A stretch of 32,180 nucleotides of DNA from Candidatus Delongbacteria bacterium (GTDB taxonomy: Bacteria > UBA4055), in assembly GCA_016937995.1 (NCBI GenBank), contig JAFGVM010000007.1, positions 1-32,180 on the forward strand, read 5' to 3'. Of this stretch, positions 1 to 9,881 are shown in pieces. Each line of letters opens with the position of its first letter. The first letter of the stretch is position 1. The notes beneath the pieces are model-generated. The model was not told the DNA's origin. It did no database searches and worked only from the letters and a program-made list of their open reading frames with translations. The position numbers and the translations under genes are program-made.

Positions 1-344
1 TCTATATTGATATTATTCCTTAATCTCCACTTATCATTAAGCTCATCGAGCATATCATCGATATCACTTTCCGACCATGAATTATCCCCACCTTCAGCGA
101 TATAATCATCATAAATATTTTTAGAAAATGAATTATCCGCAGAAAAACTTATCGGGAAAAAGTTTATAGATCCTTTATAGTTGTCCGTGAAACCAAGATT
201 TGCAGGGTTATATCTGACGGCATCAACTCCTCTTAAAAGAAGTCCGTTACTCCATGAAGAACCCATTGCAGTTGGATTATTTACACCTGCGTTAAGACTA
301 ATAAGCACTATCAGGCTTAAAATAATAAATAATTTTTTCTTCAT
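1..344 (-). CDS. 5' part of a secreted, probably outer-membrane beta-barrel protein (FadL/PorV/TraF_2/DUF5723-like); runs off the window
   Basis: Not in the ORF track. ATG at 344-342, one base after the upstream stop; frame open to the edge: MKKKLFIILSLIVLISLNA|GVNNPTAMGSSW...GVDAVRYNPANLG. Signal peptide plus AMG...NPANLG motif typical of these barrel N-termini. Confidence 0.75.
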   Translation of the reverse strand, partial: MKKKLFIILSLIVLISLNAGVNNPTAMGSSWSNGLLLRGVDAVRYNPANLGFTDNYKGSINFFPISFSADNSFSKNIYDDYIAEGGDNSWSESDIDDMLDELNDKWRLRNNINI

Positions 345-345
345 A

Positions 346-2481
346 TTATTCACCATCTCCTGTACTTATTTTAAACTCGCCGCTTAATTTTGTCTGTACC
401 TCAATAAAACCTGTGTCGTTCAAGTATACTTCTCCACCCGGAATTTCAGGTTTTATAGTGATTATTTCCTGCATATATGTATCTCTGTCCATCATCATTT
501 CTATAACATCCGGTGGTAAAGAAATTCCATCCTCGTCTATGTCAAGTCCCTGATTATCAATGAGATCATTTAGCATATAGCCGTTAGGAAAATCATCAGG
601 ATTTGCGGTAATGTACATACTGAATACATTTCTTACATTATCCCCTGCCAGAACTTGAACTGAATCAGCATCGAGTTCTACAGAATCTGCTATATTCACG
701 GTGAATTTAATAACAGCATTTCTATCAAGTGCATCTGGCGGATTGTTAATGAATGAATTTATTTTAAGGCTTAAAACTTCAGATCCTTCTCCTAGATCTA
801 GCTGGTTCATTTCGTGAACATCCAGCTCTTTTACCAATGAATCTGTGATCGTTATCTCAAGAGGTGTACTTACAAGAAGTTCCAGATTCAGCTTGTCATT
901 ATACATAAGCTTACCATCAAATGTCATTGTTGCATTAGCGCTGTATTCAATCGCATCAGGCTGATAGTTTATTATCGATTCAAACTGTGCCGGACTTGAA
1001 GGATCTTCAGTTATCAGCAAAGTATCACTGTTAAAATTGGTCAGTGTGTAGCCTTCCAGCAATACCCAGTCTGTCGGTAGAGTACCATCAGTTTTTGTAC
1101 CTCTCATTCTAAAATTTTCAAGAATTAGATTTTGCATCACAAGATCATCTCTTTCGAAGCTGGCAGCTATGTTTAAATTCATCGAGTTCAAAGTTATTCC
1201 GTTCCAGTCATCCCAATCAATATCTTCTGCAAAACCACTTGTTGTCTCAGAGATCTCAATGGTTTCATTTTCTACTAAACCATCAAATTCATAAAATGGT
1301 ACGTAATTCTGACTTGCATTGTTACTTTCTATCTCAAAATAAAAGCTTACACTGTCATTTTGGGTTAAAATAACATACGGGTCATCAGGTGATCCCGGTA
1401 AAGCCCTTCCCCAGGATGTATGAGTAACAGTAGCTGACTGATCTTCATAATTTACAGTAAATTTACAGCTGTCGATCGTATATGGACCTGTGATATCCTC
1501 AGTTACTGTTCGTGGATTTACCGCGAACTTATCCACATTGACCAAAGAGTCTTCGCCCATTCTGAGGTCGTAAAAGTTGTCTATTTGTCCATCTATCTCA
1601 ACAAATAGATCAGTTTCATTCCTGGCATCAACTGAAAGAATGGCATCCTTTAATATTATTGACCTGAGTTTGATATTTCCGTATTCTGTTATATCTCCTC
1701 TTGAATATCTCTCTGTCTCTTCTACAACCTGAGCATTAAAATTTGCAAATGCGGAATGGAAAGTACAATCGTCAAAATTTATATTAAAATACAGATTTTG
1801 ATTTGCATCTAAACCGGTTGTATTATTTGCCGGAGCTAATCTCTGGTTGTAAGCTGTTAGTCTTAAGGTCATATCGTCGGTTATCCAAGCTTGATCAAGC
1901 AGAAGAGAATCTATTTTTGTAGTTCCGGGTTGGAAATCAAAAAAAGTAGTGTCAATAATTTCCCTGTACCCGTCTAAGTATGCAGGCATTCCTAAGTCCG
2001 AGTAAACAGTATCCTTACGCAATATAACAATATTAAGCGAATCGAATATCAACTGATCATAGTTATTTTCTACACTAAAGCTAACTACCATACTGTCTGT
2101 ATTCGCCCAAATGAATTGAGCATTATCCGGTATGTTCACTATCGAATCCATGTAAGCTATCGCCGGAACATTCATACCGGGATTGTAGGTTGCTCCAGCA
2201 TCATACTGAACATACTTTGATTTTGCACCACCCTCGATCACAAAATCATTAAAATCCTGACTGGTAGAGTCCCTTATCGGTGCGACCTTTAAACTTTCCG
2301 GAAAAGCAATTGGATCCAATTTCACTTCCAGATTCAAGGTATCAAATTCAAATGTTTCCCTGTCGAAAACAATATTGATCTTGTAGTTCTCGAGCGTGAT
2401 CGTATCTGATGGATCTGACGGTATTGAGCACGAAATAAACCAGATCAGTATCAAGGCCCAGATAAATAACTTCACTTTCAT
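346..2481 (-). CDS. Large acidic, beta-rich lipoprotein of unknown function (711 aa)
   Basis: Long ORF, GGAGG RBS at 2490-2486, hydrophobic leader ending in lipobox-like FISC (Cys18), D/E/N/T-rich. Confidence 0.8.
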   Translation of the reverse strand: MKVKLFIWALILIWFISCSIPSDPSDTITLENYKINIVFDRETFEFDTLNLEVKLDPIAFPESLKVAPIRDSTSQDFNDFVIEGGAKSKYVQYDAGATYNPGMNVPAIAYMDSIVNIPDNAQFIWANTDSMVVSFSVENNYDQLIFDSLNIVILRKDTVYSDLGMPAYLDGYREIIDTTFFDFQPGTTKIDSLLLDQAWITDDMTLRLTAYNQRLAPANNTTGLDANQNLYFNINFDDCTFHSAFANFNAQVVEETERYSRGDITEYGNIKLRSIILKDAILSVDARNETDLFVEIDGQIDNFYDLRMGEDSLVNVDKFAVNPRTVTEDITGPYTIDSCKFTVNYEDQSATVTHTSWGRALPGSPDDPYVILTQNDSVSFYFEIESNNASQNYVPFYEFDGLVENETIEISETTSGFAEDIDWDDWNGITLNSMNLNIAASFERDDLVMQNLILENFRMRGTKTDGTLPTDWVLLEGYTLTNFNSDTLLITEDPSSPAQFESIINYQPDAIEYSANATMTFDGKLMYNDKLNLELLVSTPLEITITDSLVKELDVHEMNQLDLGEGSEVLSLKINSFINNPPDALDRNAVIKFTVNIADSVELDADSVQVLAGDNVRNVFSMYITANPDDFPNGYMLNDLIDNQGLDIDEDGISLPPDVIEMMMDRDTYMQEIITIKPEIPGGEVYLNDTGFIEVQTKLSGEFKISTGDGE

Positions 2482-2508
2482 AAAACCTCCGAGTGCTGTT
2501 CACTCAAT

Positions 2509-4227
2509 TTATTTTAATAATAACATTTTAATTGATTCACTTATTTCTCCGCTGAAAATAGTACCAAAATAAACTCCCGCAGGTAAATTATCAGCATTGA
2601 ATTTTATTTTACCGGAACCCGATAAATTTGAATATTCTGAAATTAATTTTCCACCTATATTATAAACATTTATCTTAGAATTTTTCGCAAGGTCAGTGTA
2701 GTGTATTATCGTCACAGGATTGAATGGATTAGGGTAGTTATACAATTTTATTCCACTTACAATATTTTCAGTAGTCTCAATCCCGGTCGGCTCGTAATTT
2801 ACAGCAGCAAGTGCATCGATCAGCCCCCACCCGTATCTACCGTCTATATCAGGATTAATTGAACGGTCAGCAGTCATCATCATTGCTTCCCTGACCTGCA
2901 TATTTGTCCATTCAGGATGAGCCGATAAAACCAAACATGCCACTCCTGCTGTCAATGGTGTAGAGTATGAAGTTCCCGATCCTGTTCCATAAGAAGCTGT
3001 TGAAGTATATACTGCGTGATAGTTATTAACTCCCATTGCAACCACTTCGGGTTTAATTCTACCGTCGTAAGTCGGTCCAAATGAAGAAAACACTGCTATG
3101 TTACCTGACAGATCTACCGCACCTACAGAAATAATACTGTCAGCATCTGAAGGTGCCGTCATATACTTCCATGCGTCTCCACCTGAATTGCCCATGGAAT
3201 TACAGATTAATACTCCCAGATAAGCAGCTCTTTTTGCACCCAAAGTACATATCGTAGTTTCACCATCCATATCTTCGTAAGTATAATTTTCCAAAGGATC
3301 ATCAAATTCACTGTATCCCAGAGAACTTGAAACAACATCTGCACCTAAAGCTTCTCCCCATTCAAGAGCTTCGACCATGTAGTCTTCTTCAAGTGTACTT
3401 TCATTCAGATAATCTTCTGTTTTGGCTAAAAGAAAATCTGATCTGTACGCAGGTCCGACCAAAGTGTTTGGTTTATATCCTGCAGCTATCGACCAGCAAG
3501 CTGTTCCGTGGGTTTCCTGATAAGAAATTACATCATTGGAATCCAAAGAAACGTTATCATCATCAAAAATAAAATCGTGCTCAGCTATTACGTTCAAACT
3601 GTCAAAGACCTCATGACTCTTCTTAAATCCTGTATCTATGATCAACAAAGTTACACCTTCGCCATGATATCCCAGATCGTGAACTGCAGGTATATTGATC
3701 TGATTTACCTGATCATATGCATCACCGTAAAATCTGGGGTCTTTGGGTATTTCAACCGGTTCTGCTGATTCAGTGCTCTTCATCTTACCTTTTGGTGGAA
3801 GTATGTCAATATATCTCACAAATTCATGCTTTGAAATTTCCAAAGCTTTATCTGAATTTATCTCTGCAGAAATAAAATTGAACCATTTTGACTCTGATCT
3901 GATTTTTTTCAGCCCCAGCTTTTCAATGTAACCTTTGTAAACCGGTAGATCGGAAAAAAGAACTAAGTTATCTCCTCTTTTGAATGTTTTCGCTCTTCTT
4001 TTTAAAGCTTTTTCACTTATTTCAACTTTGGAGACAGCATTATTAAAACTTTCCTGGTCAAAAATATCTTTATCTGTAAAATAAATAACGAATACTTTGT
4101 CATTTTTTGAACTTGAATTTATGAAATTTTCAGCTCTGGATGAAAATTTATTCTCTTTTGGAGGCGTATAAAAGTCATTTGAAAACAGACTGAATGTCAG
4201 TATTAGTATAACAGGTAATATTTTCAA
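2509..4227 (-). CDS. S8 (subtilisin-like) serine peptidase with T9SS type A C-terminal sorting domain
   Basis: Signal peptide; catalytic motifs IIDTG, HGTAC, GNSG (oxyanion Asn), GTSYSTP; C-terminal YNYPNPFNP...GVYF...KMLLLK. TTG start overlaps the upstream TGA (TTGA). Confidence 0.93.
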   Translation of the reverse strand: MKILPVILILTFSLFSNDFYTPPKENKFSSRAENFINSSSKNDKVFVIYFTDKDIFDQESFNNAVSKVEISEKALKRRAKTFKRGDNLVLFSDLPVYKGYIEKLGLKKIRSESKWFNFISAEINSDKALEISKHEFVRYIDILPPKGKMKSTESAEPVEIPKDPRFYGDAYDQVNQINIPAVHDLGYHGEGVTLLIIDTGFKKSHEVFDSLNVIAEHDFIFDDDNVSLDSNDVISYQETHGTACWSIAAGYKPNTLVGPAYRSDFLLAKTEDYLNESTLEEDYMVEALEWGEALGADVVSSSLGYSEFDDPLENYTYEDMDGETTICTLGAKRAAYLGVLICNSMGNSGGDAWKYMTAPSDADSIISVGAVDLSGNIAVFSSFGPTYDGRIKPEVVAMGVNNYHAVYTSTASYGTGSGTSYSTPLTAGVACLVLSAHPEWTNMQVREAMMMTADRSINPDIDGRYGWGLIDALAAVNYEPTGIETTENIVSGIKLYNYPNPFNPVTIIHYTDLAKNSKINVYNIGGKLISEYSNLSGSGKIKFNADNLPAGVYFGTIFSGEISESIKMLLLK

Positions 4228-4619
4228 TTTTTCTCCTTCATATCCTTTAATTTTTTGTCCAGAATCTTCTTTTCCTGATTAGCAACTTTCTTCATCTTTT
4301 TCAGATTTTTCATATCCTGTCTAACTTGCTTATCATGTTTCTGCTTTTTGAATTCCTCTTCCTCAAGTATCGAAAGAAAATAATCGATCCCTTTTCTCTG
4401 CTCCAGTATCTGTTGAATGTCATTGTATGCATCCCTGGGAATAAAAAAAGTGAGAAATGGTTCCAGATAAGCCATTATCTGACTTCCGATAAAATTAAGA
4501 GGTTGAACTGATTCCAGAAAAAAGATCGTTGGAGCGGACATACCCTTTGATGCTATGGCTTTTGCAATTTTTTGCAACAGTATTTTTTGTTCTTCAGTTA
4601 CTTTTATTTTTGCACTCAT
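4224..4619 (-). CDS. Hypothetical protein with Lys-rich coiled-coil tail
   Basis: ATG start, coupled to the S8 gene; conserved-looking core APTIFFLESVQPLNFIGSQIMAYLEPF. Confidence 0.8.
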   Translation of the reverse strand: MSAKIKVTEEQKILLQKIAKAIASKGMSAPTIFFLESVQPLNFIGSQIMAYLEPFLTFFIPRDAYNDIQQILEQRKGIDYFLSILEEEEFKKQKHDKQVRQDMKNLKKMKKVANQEKKILDKKLKDMKEKN

Positions 4620-4680
4620 CGGATAATCTATTCCTCAAATTAAGTTAGTTCCATAGCACAACAGAGCACTATAACCTTAT

Positions 4681-4709
4681 AATATAATAATTAATTCCAA
4701 TTAAGGCAA
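4681..4709 (-). promoter_or_regulatory. Putative sigma70-type promoter for the left operon
   Basis: Minus strand TTGCCT (4709-4704)-17 bp-TATATT (4686-4681), about 60 bp upstream of ATG 4619. Confidence 0.5.
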
Positions 4710-4765
4710 AAGGATTAAACTTATTTAATATTTGCGCGAGATTTTCAAGAGGAAAGAAAAAACAG

Positions 4766-5725
4766 TTATTTATCAAAATTGACAAGGTTCCTGATTATAT
4801 AGACCGGTTTGTTCTTGACTTCATCAAAAGTTTTACCAAGATAAAGCCCCAGGACACCTAACGTTAGAATTATTATCCCTGATAAAAACCATATTGAAAC
4901 TATAAGGCTTGGCCATCCGGCTATTAAATAGTCACCTGAAAGTGCCCTTATAAAAAGATATACCGCAAAAACAAATGAAGTTAACGATATGATCATTCCC
5001 AGACCTGTTACCAGCTTCAATGGTTTATTTGATGTTGATATCATTACGTTAAAAGCCAGATGGAGCAGTTTTTTCAGGTCGTAAGATGATCTTCTTGTGT
5101 TGTTCGCATTATGTTCTACCGCTATTGAAGTGGAATTATACCCTACCCATCTGATCAGAACCGGAAAATACCTCAGGTTCTCTTTTAGTTGTTTTACCGA
5201 ATCAATGGCTTTTCTGCTGTATATTCCAAAATTAGCTACAGTTTCGTCTTGTTTTACACCGGTAAGATAGCTCAGGGTTTTATAGAACAACTTTGAAGTT
5301 AATTTTTTTAAAAATCCGTCTTTTCTTAATTCCCTTTTAGCAAAGACTATATCATATCCCTCATGTGCTTTTTTGTACAGGTTCTCTATTTCCTCCGGTC
5401 TATCCTGAAGATCACAATCCATAACAACTATCCAGTCACCTGATGCATGGTTAAGTCCGGCAGAAATAGCATAATGCTGACCGAAATTTCTGGTAAGGTC
5501 GATTCCTTTGACCCGTTTATCTTCCTTTACGGTCTTTTCAATTATTTCCCAGTCATTGTCAGGACTGCCATCGTTTACAAAAATAATTTCAAAAGAATCC
5601 GTCAATTTTTCTATTTCAGCTACCAGTCTTTTATACAGCTCTTCAATACAGTTACTGCATTTATAAGTCGGAGTCACGATCGAAATTTTAATATTATTCA
5701 TATTATTGTCCATCATTTTGCCCAT
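4766..5725 (-). CDS. GT2 glycosyltransferase, GtrB/ArnC-like polyprenol-phosphate sugar synthase with two C-terminal TM helices
   Basis: ISIVTPTY, FVNDGSPD, RNFGQHYAISAG, MDCDLQDRPE, two hydrophobic helices, C-terminal EVKNKPVYII. True start may be one of several nearby ATGs. Confidence 0.92.
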   Translation of the reverse strand: MGKMMDNNMNNIKISIVTPTYKCSNCIEELYKRLVAEIEKLTDSFEIIFVNDGSPDNDWEIIEKTVKEDKRVKGIDLTRNFGQHYAISAGLNHASGDWIVVMDCDLQDRPEEIENLYKKAHEGYDIVFAKRELRKDGFLKKLTSKLFYKTLSYLTGVKQDETVANFGIYSRKAIDSVKQLKENLRYFPVLIRWVGYNSTSIAVEHNANNTRRSSYDLKKLLHLAFNVMISTSNKPLKLVTGLGMIISLTSFVFAVYLFIRALSGDYLIAGWPSLIVSIWFLSGIIILTLGVLGLYLGKTFDEVKNKPVYIIRNLVNFDK

Positions 5726-5740
5726 TACTTTTTTTGTAAT

Positions 5741-7753
5741 TTAACCATGAATAAAAACCTTAAACATATCGTTTTCGTATTTCAATTTATAATCATTTTT
5801 CTTTACAAAATAAGAAAAATAATCAATCCATTTTAGATGAAATATTTCAGTTGAATCACCTTTCTTTACTGTGGGCCAATATTCAGAACGACCACTTTTC
5901 TTGGCAATAATAACTAGTGAAGGAAAGTTTTCGTTTTTAAAATTTTCTGAAATTTCAAAAAATTTTACAAAATCTTCAATCTCTATCCAAGGAGTATTCA
6001 GAGCAAATTCCTTATCCAGAATGTAATACAACATTGGTATATGATTTACAAAAATTGCCTTATTATTTATCAATTCATATCCTGATAAAAACTTTACTAA
6101 TCCATCTACTGCTTCCACACGTTGAGAAGTACTGAAAATCCCGAAAAGGTTATTTGATTTGAACATCGTTGTCAAATATTTTTTTTCAGAATCTCTATGA
6201 ACTTCGAGAATTACTAGCTTCATGAGTGATATGATCATAACGAATGCAAGAAGAAGAATACTTACTTGAGAACTAGTGATACTTAAATTTTTAGATCGAT
6301 TTTTCTCACTTCGGCCTTCAAAAACTATAACATTCAAAAAGAAAAGCATCGCTCCACCGGACCTGAGTGATGTATTGAATGATAAATTTGAACCTGCAAA
6401 ACTTAATATCAGGACTAAAACAGATCCGATTAGTAAAAGTTTTTTTTGATTATCAATTTTTTTCGTAGTAAAAAGAGAATATGATATAACCGCAAATGCC
6501 AAGGCTATCATAAAATCACAATAAATCAGAATTGAAGTTATGTTATTCAATATCATAACATAGGATGTTAACAAAATAAAAATAAGTTTTAGCCACGGAG
6601 ATCTTATCACAGTTGTAATTTGATATAAGATCAACAAAATAACGCCGATAATAAGTGATACTTTTATAATATTCCAGAAATGTTCAGAATAGATTTTCAT
6701 TAAATAACCTACACCGCTTATATCTGGAGAATTTTTATAGTATTGTTCATTTTTTCTTATCGGTTCTGATCTCATACTATCTGTTAAGAATACATCAAAA
6801 ATGTCATTTTTAGGTTCAAAATTCATCTCAGTATTTTTTTCAAGGGCTGCATGACTGAATGTTTTCAAGTAATTCGTTGATTGTGATAATAAGGATAATA
6901 ATAAAAAGCCTGCAATCATTACGCATAAAACACTTGAATAAATATATTTTAAAGATTTTAACTTTCTTTTTTTAGGCTGATCGCTTTCATAGTATAAGAC
7001 TAGGGGTAAGATTAATGTTAAAATCATTGATATTTTGGCAAATATTGCTAATCCTATAAAACTCCCTGCTAAGATCAGATGTTTTTTACTTATAGACGAG
7101 AATCTTAAATCCTTCAAAATAAGATAAAGTGATCCAATAAGAATCATCGTTGGAAAATTATCATAATTCACAGTAAGGTAGTAATTAAAGTTGATAAAAA
7201 ATACCGAAGTAATAACAATGAACACTAACTTCCTAAAATTGATCTCACAATACAACATTACTGTTTTTACACTGAAGTAAATGATCAATGATACTACGAT
7301 TGAATAACCAACTCTTGCCCATAAGATTGATGGATGTCCAATAATCTTCATCCACAATCCGCTGATAAATGATGTAAGCCATATCATATCAATGTTATTT
7401 GCAATATCACCATTAACTAATGCCCAGGCTTTGGATAAATGATACCCCTGGTCCGTTACATCAAGACTATATTGCACTCTTGACAAAAGGTAAAAGAATG
7501 AATACAGCCATATGAAAAATGAAGATCTTTCTAAAAATCTCTTCCTGTTAAACCTGAAATAAACCACTAGAGAAACAATTATTACTACAAAAAAGTATAG
7601 TGATTTTAGATATAAGAAATTCTTCAAATTAGGATTGATCAAGATTTGCTCATCGAAAATTTGAAAATATGTGAACGGAGCAGTTAATAATAGAGCGATC
7701 AATGCCACAATCACCACAAAAATATCAAGATATTTCTTCCAGGAAGATTTCAT
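5741..7753 (-). CDS. Polytopic GT-C-like (ArnT/PMT-related) glycosyltransferase, paralogue A
   Basis: Many TM segments; loop LDVTDQGYHLSKAW...LWARVG; NYDNFP; LAIFAK; soluble C-terminal domain. Start moved to ATG 7753 (MKSSWKK), 4 bp after the upstream stop. Confidence 0.75.
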   Translation of the reverse strand: MKSSWKKYLDIFVVIVALIALLLTAPFTYFQIFDEQILINPNLKNFLYLKSLYFFVVIIVSLVVYFRFNRKRFLERSSFFIWLYSFFYLLSRVQYSLDVTDQGYHLSKAWALVNGDIANNIDMIWLTSFISGLWMKIIGHPSILWARVGYSIVVSLIIYFSVKTVMLYCEINFRKLVFIVITSVFFINFNYYLTVNYDNFPTMILIGSLYLILKDLRFSSISKKHLILAGSFIGLAIFAKISMILTLILPLVLYYESDQPKKRKLKSLKYIYSSVLCVMIAGFLLLSLLSQSTNYLKTFSHAALEKNTEMNFEPKNDIFDVFLTDSMRSEPIRKNEQYYKNSPDISGVGYLMKIYSEHFWNIIKVSLIIGVILLILYQITTVIRSPWLKLIFILLTSYVMILNNITSILIYCDFMIALAFAVISYSLFTTKKIDNQKKLLLIGSVLVLILSFAGSNLSFNTSLRSGGAMLFFLNVIVFEGRSEKNRSKNLSITSSQVSILLLAFVMIISLMKLVILEVHRDSEKKYLTTMFKSNNLFGIFSTSQRVEAVDGLVKFLSGYELINNKAIFVNHIPMLYYILDKEFALNTPWIEIEDFVKFFEISENFKNENFPSLVIIAKKSGRSEYWPTVKKGDSTEIFHLKWIDYFSYFVKKNDYKLKYENDMFKVFIHG

Positions 7754-7757
7754 GAAT

Positions 7758-9785
7758 TTACCAGGATAAATTATTATTTTCTTGTTCCAACTTGTAAACA
7801 TAATAAAAAGAATTTGAGAAACACACAACATAATTATTTTCAGCCAGTATCATGTCGTACAGATCGTAATATTTTTGAGCTCGTGCTTCATATACATTAT
7901 TGTTGAACCAACTTTCAGAATAATCAGGCCAAAAAGGATTTCTCTGGGAATGAATCGGTTTTACAATATAATCAGGAGGATTATTCTGCAGATCATTTTG
8001 CAGTGTTTCAAAGTCATTTATCACATCCCATGGGTTATTTGCCGGATAAATCGTTGCTGTCAAATAATAGAATATCGCATTATGCATGGGGTAGAACACT
8101 TTTTTATCAGATATTTCTTCAATCGTTTTCAAATAAATCAAGAGAGAATCTACAACCTCACATCTTTTAGGATTTGATCTTATCCCAAGTAACTCTGTAG
8201 ATGAAAAGCTTCCGTTCAGCTGATGAAAATATAAATCCCTGTAAGGTCTGTAATCCTTCACTGAAAAGAATACTATGAATACTGCAATAGTTGCATAAAC
8301 AAGGTAGTCAAATTTCAGATCCATAAAAAACCTTTCTTCAAGCAGTACTAATAGAAGGAATGACAGAGAAAATATCCCTACACCTGCTCTATAAGCTGTA
8401 GTTATTCCAAGATCACTGCCAAGGAATGAAAAAACAAAAAGAAGGAAGAAAAACAGTATCCGCCAGAGAAAAGTTCCCCTTTTCGATCTACTTATCAATA
8501 CTGCGATAACTACAGTGAGTGATAGAAGATAAGAAGAAATTCCAAGATATAGGTTCGCCCTGTTACCATCAAAGCTGAATATTCTGAAATAGAGGATAAC
8601 TCCTAAAAGAATTGCTATAATATATTTAGCTCCCGGTATTTTTTTAAATTTGAGATTAATCACAGAAGCTAACACTATTGAAAGTACTGTTAAAATTGAG
8701 CCTATACCAATTGAAAATAGCTCTGATAAGTATTTTCTTGTCAAAGTTACAAACGAGTGATCTCTAAGCAGAGAATCAGTCGATTCTCTTCCTGAGTTCA
8801 TCATAAATTCCGATATGATCTTTTCGAAAAATGTATAATAATTTTGTAACCCACCTGAGATTATAAGCAAAGCAATAATAATCACTGTACCAGAAAAAAT
8901 ACCTATGAAATATTCTACAACACTTTTTCTACCTGCTTCTCTTTGATATAAAAAAATGAGAGGTAGGATCAAGACAGGCAGGAAAGTGATCTTGGCAAAA
9001 ATTGCTAAAGTATAGAATATTCCTGAAATGAATATCCTCCAATTCAATTTATCGTTTGAATTCAGATTTGCTACGAGAACCAAATAAACTGAGATCAGGG
9101 AAAGCAATACCGGCAGATTATCATAGTTTATAGTATGATAATACTGCATATAGGATGTTAAAAAAGTCATCAATACCACTATCACCAAAACAAAACTGTT
9201 TTTATAAAAAGTGTGTAATATCTTGTAAGAAAAAAAAACAATTAGAGATTGCACCAAAACAAACCCTACTCTTGCCCATAATAACATTGGTTCTCCGAAC
9301 ATTGCCAACCATAGACCACCTATTATATTCGTACCTGCAACAGCATCTAGATTTTCTTTCCAGAGTCCATGATACATAGCCCATTGCTTACTAAGACTAA
9401 AACCCGTATCTGTTGTTTCATATCCATACGGAATGAAGAATAAATACCAGACAGAAACGGATATGAAAAGGATTAAATCAGTGTATTTATGATAATTCGA
9501 CCTGTTGATAAAAAATAATAACCAGGTTGAAAATAAAGTTACAATAGACCAATATCCGAAAAAATAATAAACTGAAAACATTTCAGCTGGATTGAAATTT
9601 TCGTATACTGGATTGAAAGGTGATTTAATAAACAGCCAGATAACGATCATTCCAATAAATAACAATTTTACATAGTTTGTATATGTTCTTTCAGTGGTGC
9701 TCATTTTAACCTGATTTAATTCTGCAGTAAAATTATACACCCGCAATAGCGGTTTTACAAGTTTATAATTTTTAAAGTACTGCAT
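7758..9785 (-). CDS. Polytopic GT-C-like glycosyltransferase, paralogue B
   Basis: GYETTDTGFSLSKQW...LWARVG, NYDNLP, LAIFAK; collinear with paralogues A and C. Alternative start at ATG 9704. Confidence 0.75.
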   Translation of the reverse strand: MQYFKNYKLVKPLLRVYNFTAELNQVKMSTTERTYTNYVKLLFIGMIVIWLFIKSPFNPVYENFNPAEMFSVYYFFGYWSIVTLFSTWLLFFINRSNYHKYTDLILFISVSVWYLFFIPYGYETTDTGFSLSKQWAMYHGLWKENLDAVAGTNIIGGLWLAMFGEPMLLWARVGFVLVQSLIVFFSYKILHTFYKNSFVLVIVVLMTFLTSYMQYYHTINYDNLPVLLSLISVYLVLVANLNSNDKLNWRIFISGIFYTLAIFAKITFLPVLILPLIFLYQREAGRKSVVEYFIGIFSGTVIIIALLIISGGLQNYYTFFEKIISEFMMNSGRESTDSLLRDHSFVTLTRKYLSELFSIGIGSILTVLSIVLASVINLKFKKIPGAKYIIAILLGVILYFRIFSFDGNRANLYLGISSYLLSLTVVIAVLISRSKRGTFLWRILFFFLLFVFSFLGSDLGITTAYRAGVGIFSLSFLLLVLLEERFFMDLKFDYLVYATIAVFIVFFSVKDYRPYRDLYFHQLNGSFSSTELLGIRSNPKRCEVVDSLLIYLKTIEEISDKKVFYPMHNAIFYYLTATIYPANNPWDVINDFETLQNDLQNNPPDYIVKPIHSQRNPFWPDYSESWFNNNVYEARAQKYYDLYDMILAENNYVVCFSNSFYYVYKLEQENNNLSW

Positions 9786-9881
9786 ACCTATAAGAATTCC
9801 GTTTATGAAATTGTTTTCTATTTTATATTTGCATTTTTTGCCTTATACTTAACTGAAAGTAAAATTATAGAAGATCCCGAA

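Noticed and set aside
7754-7831. Longer N-terminus for paralogue A (start 7831)
   Set aside because: Would overlap the upstream gene by 74 bp; ATG 7753 follows the upstream stop by 4 bp.
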